Below, piece by piece: positions 8,378-15,583 of a stretch of DNA of 15,583 nucleotides. The notes beneath the pieces were generated by a model. The model had not been told where the DNA came from. It did not search any database and saw only the letters and a program-made list of their open reading frames with translations. Made by a program: the position numbers and the translations under genes. The first letter of the stretch is position 1; the number at the start of each line of letters is the position of its first letter. The DNA comes from Candidatus Hermodarchaeota archaeon (GTDB taxonomy: Archaea > Asgardarchaeota > Hermodarchaeia > Hermodarchaeales > Hermodarchaeaceae), in NCBI GenBank assembly GCA_016840065.1, contig JAEOTB010000038.1:1-15583 (forward strand), read 5' to 3'.

Positions 8378-9826
8378 ATGGATGATAAAACCTTCAAACA
8401 GTTCGAAGAGTTCATTCACGCCCAATCCATCGCCTTAATCGGAACGAGCCCCAATTCAAATTTTTACTGGCTGAAATCCTTCCTAAACTTCGGCTACAAG
8501 GGCAAGCTGTACCCAGTCAACCCTAAACTCGATGAGGCTCTCGGGCTGAAATGCTACAAGTCGCTCAGCGAAGTACCTGGTCCCGTAGACTATGCGGTCA
8601 TCCGGGTCCCCGCCAAGGTCGTATCCAGTGTTCTCGACGAATGCATCGCCAAGGGCGTCAAGTGCGTCACAATCTTTTCAAGCGGCTTCAGCGAATTGGG
8701 CACCGAAGAAGGAAGAAGCCGCGAAGCAGAACTAATAGAGAAAATCCGAGCTAGCCCGATACGTGTCTTCGGACCCAACTGTATGGGCTTGTGCTGCCCA
8801 GAGTCAAGGTTCTCCTTCCGCCCCGACCTAAAACCAAATCCTGGCCCAATCGGCTTCATCGCCCAGTCCGGTGGTAAGGCAATCGACACATACCTTGCTG
8901 TCGAAGAGGCAGGCGAGGGCTGTAGCAAATTCTTCAGCTTCGGCAACGAAACCGACATCAGCAGCTCCCAACTCGTCGAATACCTAGCACGTGACCCCAA
9001 AACCAAAGTCATCGGGATGTACTTAGAAGGAGCAAGAGATGGACAGAAACTCCGTGAAGCCCTCGCAGACACCGCGCCTAAAAAACCCATTGTGGTGTGG
9101 AAGGCAGGAAATACGATAGAGGGGGCACGCGCTGTTGCTAGTCATAGTGCCGCATTAGCAGGCTCGCCCCAGGTTTGGAGCGGTTTTCTCCAACAGACTG
9201 GCGTCGCTGTAGTCGAAAGCTTCGAACACCTAATCGACACGATGGTTGCTTTCATGCGCTGTCCTCCACCAAAGGGCAATCGAGTCGCCTTCATCGCTAT
9301 CAGCGGAGGGGCAGGAGTAGTCGGCACCGATCTCCTCGTTTCACAAGGCTTCAAACTCCCCACATTAACTAAGGAAAAGATTGAAGCCCTTAGTAAAATC
9401 GTTCAGGGAGTAGGCACCAACATCCGAAACCCCATCGACTTGGCTGCCAGCTACTTCTACCCAGATGTCACATCCAAGTCCCTCCGTCTCGTCGCTGAAG
9501 ATGATAACATCGATGCTATCATTCTCGAGGCAGCCCCTCATTATATTGAGTTCATGGCAAGACATCTGGAGATGAAAGACTACACTCGTGATTACTGGAA
9601 AATAATCATCGATGCAGCTAACTATTGTATGCGCGACCTGCACAAACCATTCCTAGTAGCTGTACCTGCCATAGGATTCGCCGAAGAAAACCTCGCCGCC
9701 CGTCGCCAATTCCGAGAAGGAGGACTCCCTATATCCTTTACTACAGCCGATGCAGCAAAAACCCTACGAACTCTCATCACCTACTACCAACGGCACCCCA
9801 ACATCACCTCACCCTTTGAAACCTAA
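8378..9826 (+). CDS. ADP-forming acyl/acetyl-CoA synthetase alpha subunit (CoA-binding plus ligase domains, no ATP-grasp)
   Basis: SIALIGTS, YPVNPK, SGFSE, GPNCMG, IAQSGG, SFGNETDI, phospho-His region ASHSAALAG, ISGGAGV and NPIDL. ATG at 8378 is the likely start (track start is TTG 8366). Confidence 0.88.
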   Translation: MDDKTFKQFEEFIHAQSIALIGTSPNSNFYWLKSFLNFGYKGKLYPVNPKLDEALGLKCYKSLSEVPGPVDYAVIRVPAKVVSSVLDECIAKGVKCVTIFSSGFSELGTEEGRSREAELIEKIRASPIRVFGPNCMGLCCPESRFSFRPDLKPNPGPIGFIAQSGGKAIDTYLAVEEAGEGCSKFFSFGNETDISSSQLVEYLARDPKTKVIGMYLEGARDGQKLREALADTAPKKPIVVWKAGNTIEGARAVASHSAALAGSPQVWSGFLQQTGVAVVESFEHLIDTMVAFMRCPPPKGNRVAFIAISGGAGVVGTDLLVSQGFKLPTLTKEKIEALSKIVQGVGTNIRNPIDLAASYFYPDVTSKSLRLVAEDDNIDAIILEAAPHYIEFMARHLEMKDYTRDYWKIIIDAANYCMRDLHKPFLVAVPAIGFAEENLAARRQFREGGLPISFTTADAAKTLRTLITYYQRHPNITSPFET

Positions 9827-9885
9827 CATCGGGCTACTTTTTTCTTGTTAGAAGAAGTAAAAATACTTGTACCGATAAGCAAGAG

Positions 9886-9893
9886 TTTAAATA
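9886..9893 (+). promoter_or_regulatory. Archaeal TATA box (TTTAAATA) with purine-rich BRE upstream
   Basis: AAGCAAGAG-TTTAAATA ends 23 nt before the GGG at 9916 that opens a long terminal stem. Confidence 0.65.
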
Positions 9894-9915
9894 TTCTAAG
9901 AAGAACAATAATAAC

Positions 9916-10037
9916 GGGTGCTGGGGACTGGCGAAAGATAACGGCACTTCCATCCCCCCCTAGAAAAACCATTCCCTCTCCCCTCCAATTGTGTCCTTTT
10001 TTGGACGTGCCCTATCCGCTATAAAACCCCAGCAGCC
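9916..10037 (+). ncRNA. Candidate structured small RNA (~122 nt), family unknown
   Basis: Nested helices TGCTGGGG/CCCCAGCA, TGGCG/CGCTA, GATA/TATC, GGCAC/GTGCC and GTCC/GGAC. TATA upstream, pyrimidine tract (10040-10048) downstream, and no ORF in the track. Confidence 0.6.
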
Positions 10038-10114
10038 AATTCTTCTTTATTAGTAGCACTTATTTTACTTGAGCACTAATTTGATTTCTATCAACTATTT
10101 CCTACGGTGATTAT

Positions 10115-10675
10115 TTGAAATTCAACGAGTTGTTGGCGAAGAGACGCTCTATCCGTGACTACGAGAATAGGGAGGTTTCATTGGATATTGTTAACGAGAT
10201 AATAAGGGAAAGCTGCTTGGCTCCTAGCGCGACTAATGGTCAGCCTTGGCGCTTCATCGTAATTACTAACCGTGATCTTATGCGACGGCTTTCCGACGAA
10301 AGCAAAGGGAACATCCTAACCTTTATGGAAAAAAGCCCCAGCTCATTAACGTCAATGTACGGTGAGCTTCTCCGGAACAAAGCCTACAATGTTTTCTACA
10401 ACGCGCCTTGCCTTGTCATCATCGTTGGTCCAAAGAATCATAGATCCCTAAAGGTGGATTGCGCTTTAGCTGCTAGTTATTTCATGTTTGCCGCCACAGC
10501 TAGGGGTCTGGGAACCTGCTGGATAGGCTTGGGACAATTTATACAGAACTCCGAACTCCGGCAGGAAATAGGGCTCCCCGAAGGCTACACCATCATTGCC
10601 CCAATTATCTTGGGATATCCTAGTAGTGTACCTCCTCAGCCATCTCGAGACCCAAGAATCCTAAAAACACTCTAA
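10115..10675 (+). CDS. Nitroreductase family flavoprotein
   Basis: KRRSIRDY, APSATNGQPWRF, ARGLGTCWIG, I.LGYP. TTG start with GGTGA RBS at 10106-10110. Confidence 0.93.
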   Translation: MKFNELLAKRRSIRDYENREVSLDIVNEIIRESCLAPSATNGQPWRFIVITNRDLMRRLSDESKGNILTFMEKSPSSLTSMYGELLRNKAYNVFYNAPCLVIIVGPKNHRSLKVDCALAASYFMFAATARGLGTCWIGLGQFIQNSELRQEIGLPEGYTIIAPIILGYPSSVPPQPSRDPRILKTL

Positions 10676-11517
10676 CTTAGAAGCCCTACTTCACGCCTGT
10701 AGCTTCGGTAATCCTCAAGTTTCTTCTTGGATATCTTACTAATTAGGTGAGTACGGCTCGTTGGCTGCGCGACCTTTAGGGCTTGGGTATTTGGTTCTTC
10801 CCCGTCACCAAAACGGTGCGATGGGTCCGCAATACAGGTTGCACCACAAGTGAAAGCGCCTGAAACCGGAGAGCGAATTGCCTGATCTGCACTCACAATA
10901 GGCACAGAGAACTCCTTGGAACGAACAGCCACCAATGATTGCCAAGCCCATCGACCATAGCCTATGAGTTGCTCTTCAAGAACTGTTGTCATCGTGGGTA
11001 CAGCTAGAAAATCCACTTCGCGGGCTACTTGGTTGACAATCCTAGCATCCCAGAGATCAGCACAGACAAGGATAGCTATTCTTAACTGATTATGTTCAAA
11101 GGTTGGTGTTCGGTTCCCAGCCTCAAGGCCCAATTTCTTCTCCATCCTGAAGGGGCGCTGTTTATCATACTCGCCGATAACCTTACCTCGGGAGGAGAAA
11201 AGGTAACTGCGGTTCCGCCATCTTCCTTCAGGAGTTTTGAACGGCATCGAGCCCGCTACAATGGTTACACGATGCTTGTGGCAAAGGCGGGAAACCTGCT
11301 CCCAAACCTGAAGGTAATAGTCCTCACCCTTCACACCCGCGAGCCTCCATTCTGGCACCGATCCGAAACAGTACTCTGGGAGAACGACACAGTCTGGCTT
11401 GATTTCCTGAGAAATAATAGAATTAACCAGTGAATCGATGACGGTGATAGTGTCAGAAAGGTCTGATGATGGAATCAACTGCAAAGCGACAAGTGTGATG
11501 AATTCCTCAGAAGCCAA
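10672..11517 (-). CDS. Carbon-nitrogen hydrolase (nitrilase superfamily)
   Basis: Glu-Lys-Cys triad contexts VVLPEY, YDKQRPF and ILVCADLW, plus IVAGS and NRSYLF. Confidence 0.9.
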   Translation of the reverse strand: MASEEFITLVALQLIPSSDLSDTITVIDSLVNSIISQEIKPDCVVLPEYCFGSVPEWRLAGVKGEDYYLQVWEQVSRLCHKHRVTIVAGSMPFKTPEGRWRNRSYLFSSRGKVIGEYDKQRPFRMEKKLGLEAGNRTPTFEHNQLRIAILVCADLWDARIVNQVAREVDFLAVPTMTTVLEEQLIGYGRWAWQSLVAVRSKEFSVPIVSADQAIRSPVSGAFTCGATCIADPSHRFGDGEEPNTQALKVAQPTSRTHLISKISKKKLEDYRSYRREVGLLS

Positions 11518-11570
11518 AGAGAAAACCTCTCTAAAGAGGTACTCAGTCTGCCTTAAGAAGGTTGACTAAG

Positions 11571-13223
11571 CTACTCAAGGGGAGGCAAGGTTTCGCCAGG
11601 GCAAGGAATCATATTCCCAGGGTTAATAATCCAATGCGGATCAAGGGCAGATTTCACTTGTGCCATCTGTGCCAGACCCGCTTCTCCATACATAACTTGC
11701 AGGAATGGTCGTTTTAACTTACCAATACCATGCTCGGCGCTAACTGTGCCACCTAGTTCAACAGCTTTACGGGCAAAGCGCTGGTAGATTCGCATTCCAA
11801 TATGAACTTCCTCGTCGTTCGCTGGTAGCAGGTTACAGTGTAAATGATTGTTCCCGATATGTCCAAAGATGATGTATTGGAGCCCTGCCTCTTCGATTTG
11901 TTCCTTGTAGTAAGCTAGGATGGTTTCTAGATGCTCGTCGGGCACTGCCATATCAGTACCTAACTTGTGGACAGTAGGGTACTGTTGTTTGCGCTGAGCA
12001 ATGAGACTGTTGACGGTTTCGGGGATTAAGTGACGGACTGCTTTCATTTTAGCTAGATCAGATGGTTCCATGCCTGCCCAGCTGTCCTCCATTCCTATAC
12101 CGTGTTTGCTGAGTAGTTCTTGAGTTGCCAAGAAGGTTGGCTCCATATCGGCTTCAGCGAAGGGGACTTCAAAGAAGATGATAGCCTGGGCGGTCTCCAC
12201 TTGGGACGGGACAGTAACACCGCCTGCACCTTTTTGACGGGCGTCTCTGAGCATGGCGACAGCGTGGCTGTCAAAGTACTCTACGAGTGTTGGCTTTACC
12301 GGGCTAGTTTCGCTTCGGATGTCCTTGACGAAGGCAACAGCTGCTGCTTCGCTGGGGAAGAAGGCAAAAACCACAATAGCCTGCTCAGGATAGGGGTGGA
12401 GAAGAACCTCTGCTTCAGTTATGATTCCGAGAATCCCCTCTGACCCAATGAAGAGGTCAATTAGGTCCATACCTGGTTTGGCGTAAAGGCCAGCAGCGTT
12501 CTTTGTTGAGGGCATTTTGTATGTTGGTACCATTATTTCGGAGGTGGAGCCATCTGTGAATTCAATGATGAACTTTCCGTCCTGAGCTGTGACTTCGCCA
12601 CGTTGGATATCAAGTACATCTCCGTTTGCGAGTACAACACGAATCCTCCGCACCCATTCCCTGACTGCTTTATACATAAAGGACCTCGCGCCCGATGCGT
12701 TGGCAGCTACTGCACCACCAAGGTGGGCAGTCATTTCAGTTGGGTCCGGTGGAAAGAAATAGCTTTGAGGATCTTGGGTAAATCGGTCAAGGGCACCTTT
12801 TTTCTTAAGCTTGTCCAGCTGTTTCTTTCGGACTGCGTTGTTCAATGCTTCCAGTGTGATACCTACTTCTGCGCTAAGATACCAGACCTTGGCATCTTCG
12901 TCAAACCCCAAGTTGAGCAATGCATCCATCGATTCAAGGGTGATGAGTACACCACCTAGAGGGTTGCAGCCGCCAGCAAGCCCTGTACGGCCTGCCGAAA
13001 CTGTGAGGGGTTTCTGTTCAGAGAAAGCCCATTTACAGATAGCTACTACATCGGCTTCCGACTTTGCGAAAAAGAGCCTCTCTGCCCGGGGGTCGCCATA
13101 ACTTGATTCATCGGTGAGGTAGTCGCTGAACTTCTCACGGATTTCAGTTTCACCTTCTACGACGCGAATTTCTGCAAGGTCAGTGGGCTTTACAGTTTCA
13201 GCTTTGATACGATTTGTAGTCAT
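11571..13223 (-). CDS. FAD-binding oxidoreductase, GlcD / D-lactate (D-2-hydroxyacid) dehydrogenase family
   Basis: AGRTGLAGG, FPPDP, LGGAVAANASG, FIGSEGILGIITE, FGHIGNNHLH, SAEHGIG and LDP..IINPG. ATG 13223 is the likely start (track start 13238). Confidence 0.9.
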   Translation of the reverse strand: MTTNRIKAETVKPTDLAEIRVVEGETEIREKFSDYLTDESSYGDPRAERLFFAKSEADVVAICKWAFSEQKPLTVSAGRTGLAGGCNPLGGVLITLESMDALLNLGFDEDAKVWYLSAEVGITLEALNNAVRKKQLDKLKKKGALDRFTQDPQSYFFPPDPTEMTAHLGGAVAANASGARSFMYKAVREWVRRIRVVLANGDVLDIQRGEVTAQDGKFIIEFTDGSTSEIMVPTYKMPSTKNAAGLYAKPGMDLIDLFIGSEGILGIITEAEVLLHPYPEQAIVVFAFFPSEAAAVAFVKDIRSETSPVKPTLVEYFDSHAVAMLRDARQKGAGGVTVPSQVETAQAIIFFEVPFAEADMEPTFLATQELLSKHGIGMEDSWAGMEPSDLAKMKAVRHLIPETVNSLIAQRKQQYPTVHKLGTDMAVPDEHLETILAYYKEQIEEAGLQYIIFGHIGNNHLHCNLLPANDEEVHIGMRIYQRFARKAVELGGTVSAEHGIGKLKRPFLQVMYGEAGLAQMAQVKSALDPHWIINPGNMIPCPGETLPPLE

Positions 13224-13307
13224 CAGTTGATACCACACAAGGTTAGAGATGATATAGCCTAAACTCAGCTACTTGTATTTCTTATTTGCTCATCTTGTAG
13301 GAAATAA

Positions 13308-14438
13308 TCATGGGTCCTTGAGGAGAAAGTCTTCTATCTTATCACGAGCCTCTTCGCGACGCTCCTGATGCTTGGTCAAGTATTCGGTGGCAAGTTCAAT
13401 GCAGATACCCTTACACTCGCCACACAACATTTCTCCTGAGCGGCAGCGGCGCTCGATTTCTCCAAGCTTGTCATCCTCTGGCATGAATACTAATTGGTAG
13501 TTGGCAAAGATAGAGCAAATATCTGGATTTCCACCCAGTTTACGCTGTTCTGCTGCGTTACCCCTCCCACCTGTGAAAGCGTTCCTGAGCTTCTTCTCTA
13601 TAACTTTCGGTGGATCGACTGTGAACACAGCGGATTCAGGATCCGAGGCTGACATCTTACCACCTTGCTGAAGTCCAGGCAGAAACTTTGAGTGCAGTAT
13701 TGCAGGGCTGAAGTAGCCAATCTTGGGTAGGACATCACGGGCAACCCTGAAATGTGCGTCCTGATCGATGGCCAGCGGAATGACACAGGGTACATTCCTC
13801 CCAACCCTTACACTGTGAAGAATAGAGGGGACCGCTTGAAAGCTAGTGTAGAAGATTTGACCGATATTATGGGAATTAGTGAACCCAAAGGTAGCACGGA
13901 CGGTCGAGAAGGTTATCCGCTTTGCCACTCGTATCGCCAATGGGTAGAGCGTCCCAGCGTGTTCGCTGTCAATGATGATGTGAGTCTTGTCTGGTTCGAA
14001 GCCCATCGCGATGAGGTCGAGGGCGTTTTCCCGCGCAAAGAAGTTGGTCTGCTCCAGAGTCATTTCAAAATTGTGCACGAATTTCTCGTCGTCGGTGAGC
14101 TGGAAATAGAAGGGGACCTGGAACTTGTCCTGCATGTACTTGGTGAATATGAACTGGGTTAGGTGCCCGATGTGGGTGTGCCCGCTTGGACCACGACCAT
14201 TGTAGAGGAAGAAAGGATTGCCTTTCTCCAGCTCATCAAAAACCCACTTCATGTCGCGGTGTGAGAAATATACGCCACGCCGTAGGAGGTAATGTAGTTC
14301 TCCTGCGTGTTTTTCAAAACGCTTGAGCAGCGCCGCGTCAATGAGTTCTGCGCCGAATTGCTTGACAAGCTTGTCGTAATCGATGTCGCCCTTCACTTCG
14401 TAGGGCGTGACAACCATACTATCTTCGTCACTGGGCAT
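13308..14438 (-). CDS. trpS: Tryptophanyl-tRNA synthetase, archaeal/eukaryote type
   Basis: VTPYEVKGDIDYDKLVKQFG, LRRGVYFSHRD, GRGPSGHTHIGH (HIGH), TDDEK, IDQDAHF, KMSAS (KMSKS), AFTGGR. Confidence 0.98.
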   Translation of the reverse strand: MPSDEDSMVVTPYEVKGDIDYDKLVKQFGAELIDAALLKRFEKHAGELHYLLRRGVYFSHRDMKWVFDELEKGNPFFLYNGRGPSGHTHIGHLTQFIFTKYMQDKFQVPFYFQLTDDEKFVHNFEMTLEQTNFFARENALDLIAMGFEPDKTHIIIDSEHAGTLYPLAIRVAKRITFSTVRATFGFTNSHNIGQIFYTSFQAVPSILHSVRVGRNVPCVIPLAIDQDAHFRVARDVLPKIGYFSPAILHSKFLPGLQQGGKMSASDPESAVFTVDPPKVIEKKLRNAFTGGRGNAAEQRKLGGNPDICSIFANYQLVFMPEDDKLGEIERRCRSGEMLCGECKGICIELATEYLTKHQERREEARDKIEDFLLKDP

Positions 14439-14708
14439 TTAGACTAGCATCTCCTAGATTTTCTGGGTTCAAGTGGAGTAGCAGAATCAGACCTGAAACC
14501 AAAAAGCTTTGGTCTGCAGCGAAATCTCCACAAGAAGTAGACTTTGTGGCATGTAGGCTAGGGCTGGGCAAAGAATTAGTTCGCTTGTGGCAACAGCCAA
14601 AAACTACCGCCTACCATCATAACCACAACGCACATTCAACAAGTCTCTTATTTAAATGATAGCGTTACGGAACCAAACCAAGTCTGAACTAGAGAATAAG
14701 ACTCTATC

Positions 14709-14723
14709 AAAAAAAGCTTTAAA
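14709..14723 (+). promoter_or_regulatory. BRE + TATA promoter of tRNA-Trp
   Basis: AAAAAAAGC-TTTAAA, with the TATA element at 14718-14723, about 29 nt upstream of the tRNA 5' G. Confidence 0.65.
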
Positions 14724-14751
14724 CCATAGTAAACCTTACCGCTTCTGCATT

Positions 14752-14949
14752 GGGGTCATGGCCTAAAGTGCTGATCAAAAGCATGGGTAACCCGGCATGG
14801 CAACGGGCTCCAGAGTTAGCTTCCAGTAAGTAGCTGACCGGAAAACCGGGATGACGAGGTTCTGGAGCGATCGGGCGAAACCCGTAGATTGAGGGTTCAA
14901 AAGCCGCCAGAGAAACGCTCAGCGGCGGGAGATCCCTCTGACCCCACCA
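14752..14949 (+). tRNA. tRNA-Trp(CCA) with three introns (14767-14790, 14814-14879, 14902-14932) and encoded 3' CCA
   Basis: Acceptor GGGGTCA/TGACCCC + A73 + CCA; D-arm GCCT-AACCCGGCA-TGGC; anticodon stem ACGGG/CCCGT with loop CT-CCA-GA; T-arm GAGGG-TTCAAAT-CCCTC. Removing three BHB-like bounded inserts yields a 77-nt cloverleaf. Confidence 0.93.
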
Positions 14950-14950
14950 C

Positions 14951-14958
14951 TCTTTTTC
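14951..14958 (+). terminator. Oligo-T tract after tRNA-Trp
   Basis: TCTTTTTC starts 2 nt after the CCA end, as expected for an archaeal U-rich terminator. Confidence 0.5.
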
Positions 14959-15027
14959 ATTATAGACGAAGGCATACTAATTGGAACCAGATTAGATTTA
15001 TATTCGGAGATTCACCATTTTTATCTG

Positions 15028-15555
15028 GTGGGTATGGTGTTCCGTCTGTTTGGTTTGCCTATAGACCCTATCGTGGTGTTAGATACCCTCTGGATAATAG
15101 GTCTCACATTGGGGGCTTTCATCTTTTGCATGGGTTCAACTTCGTCTAGAGCGGAAATATTCAACAATGTGGGTGAACCTATTCGAAGAGGCCGAGGGCC
15201 CATCACAAGTCGTCTTGTAACTCGAAGACGGAGATCCTCCTTGATTCGGTTCTATTACAGCAATCCACGGAAATTCAGAATTCTGGTTTTCATCGGTTCC
15301 GCTATTTTCGCCATGGTATTTATGATATTGTGGTGGTATCCTCAAATCCCCCATTACGAAGGCTTCATTGGAGTTCAGCTAACTGCGGAGCTCACTTTGA
15401 GGGTCAATATGTCAATGTTGATTGCAGGGCTATGTCTAATTCCCATAGGTCTACTAGTGACTCGTGGTTTCGGTAAAGGCAAGGCCCCACAACCCGACCG
15501 CGCGCGATCGAAGCTAACCAGGCGCCTTATGGATGAGGCGGGAAGCCCAGCGTGA
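15028..15555 (+). CDS. Hypothetical membrane protein (~3 TM helices, basic loop)
   Basis: 175-aa ORF with three hydrophobic stretches and an Arg-rich loop. TTTATATT at 14997-15004 suggests a leaderless start at GTG 15028 or ATG 15034. Confidence 0.7.
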   Translation: MGMVFRLFGLPIDPIVVLDTLWIIGLTLGAFIFCMGSTSSRAEIFNNVGEPIRRGRGPITSRLVTRRRRSSLIRFYYSNPRKFRILVFIGSAIFAMVFMILWWYPQIPHYEGFIGVQLTAELTLRVNMSMLIAGLCLIPIGLLVTRGFGKGKAPQPDRARSKLTRRLMDEAGSPA

Positions 15556-15583
15556 CGTAATATGTCAGAAACAACGATTTGTA

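Noticed and set aside
8378-9826. Visibly C/A-rich codon usage of the ACD gene as evidence of horizontal transfer
   Set aside because: Not quantified, could reflect strand skew, and no mobility genes or att sites are seen in the window.
9926-9937. GACTGGCGAAA resembles the conserved J1/2 of the ZMP/ZTP riboswitch
   Set aside because: The GGGAG-type J2/1 and the downstream P3 loop CGCCUGG are absent, and the downstream gene is not a purine or folate gene.
3426-14162. Other antisense or out-of-frame ORFs nested in uvrB, pckA, queT, ACD, C-N hydrolase, FAD oxidoreductase and trpS
   Set aside because: Each lies wholly within a well-supported gene and has no family signature.
14439-14625. T-box riboswitch upstream of trpS
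   Set aside because: No GGUGGNACCGCG antiterminator or Stem I motifs; T-boxes are bacterial.
14889-15149. 86-aa ORF on the + strand
   Set aside because: It begins inside the tRNA-Trp gene and overlaps the better-supported membrane-protein ORF.

Overview
Archaeal chromosomal DNA: archaeal-type TrpRS, BHB-type tRNA introns, BRE/TATA promoters and a GGTGA RBS. A TACK- or Asgard-like anaerobe is plausible, but the lineage cannot be fixed from this window. Gene order: uvrA (-, runs off the left edge and is missing from the ORF track), uvrB (-), a divergent ATP-type PEP carboxykinase (-), a QueT-family membrane protein (+), an ADP-forming acyl-CoA synthetase alpha subunit (+), a nitroreductase (+), a C-N hydrolase (-), a GlcD/D-lactate-dehydrogenase-type FAD oxidoreductase (-), trpS (-), a divergently transcribed tRNA-Trp(CCA), and a 3-TM hypothetical protein (+). 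The proteins are mostly ordinary and the main interest is in the RNA layer. The tRNA-Trp is split by three introns (15/16, 37/38, 59/60), and the middle one carries a C'/D' K-turn and an anticodon-complementary guide. An H-type pseudoknot with preQ1-I-like topology lies in the queT leader. A ~122-nt promoter-to-terminator structured RNA with a CU-rich loop lies at 9916-10037, and a second multi-hairpin intergenic element at 5440-5617. A long trpS leader contains a Trp-codon uORF and mutually exclusive helices. All structures were paired by eye; none was computed or searched.
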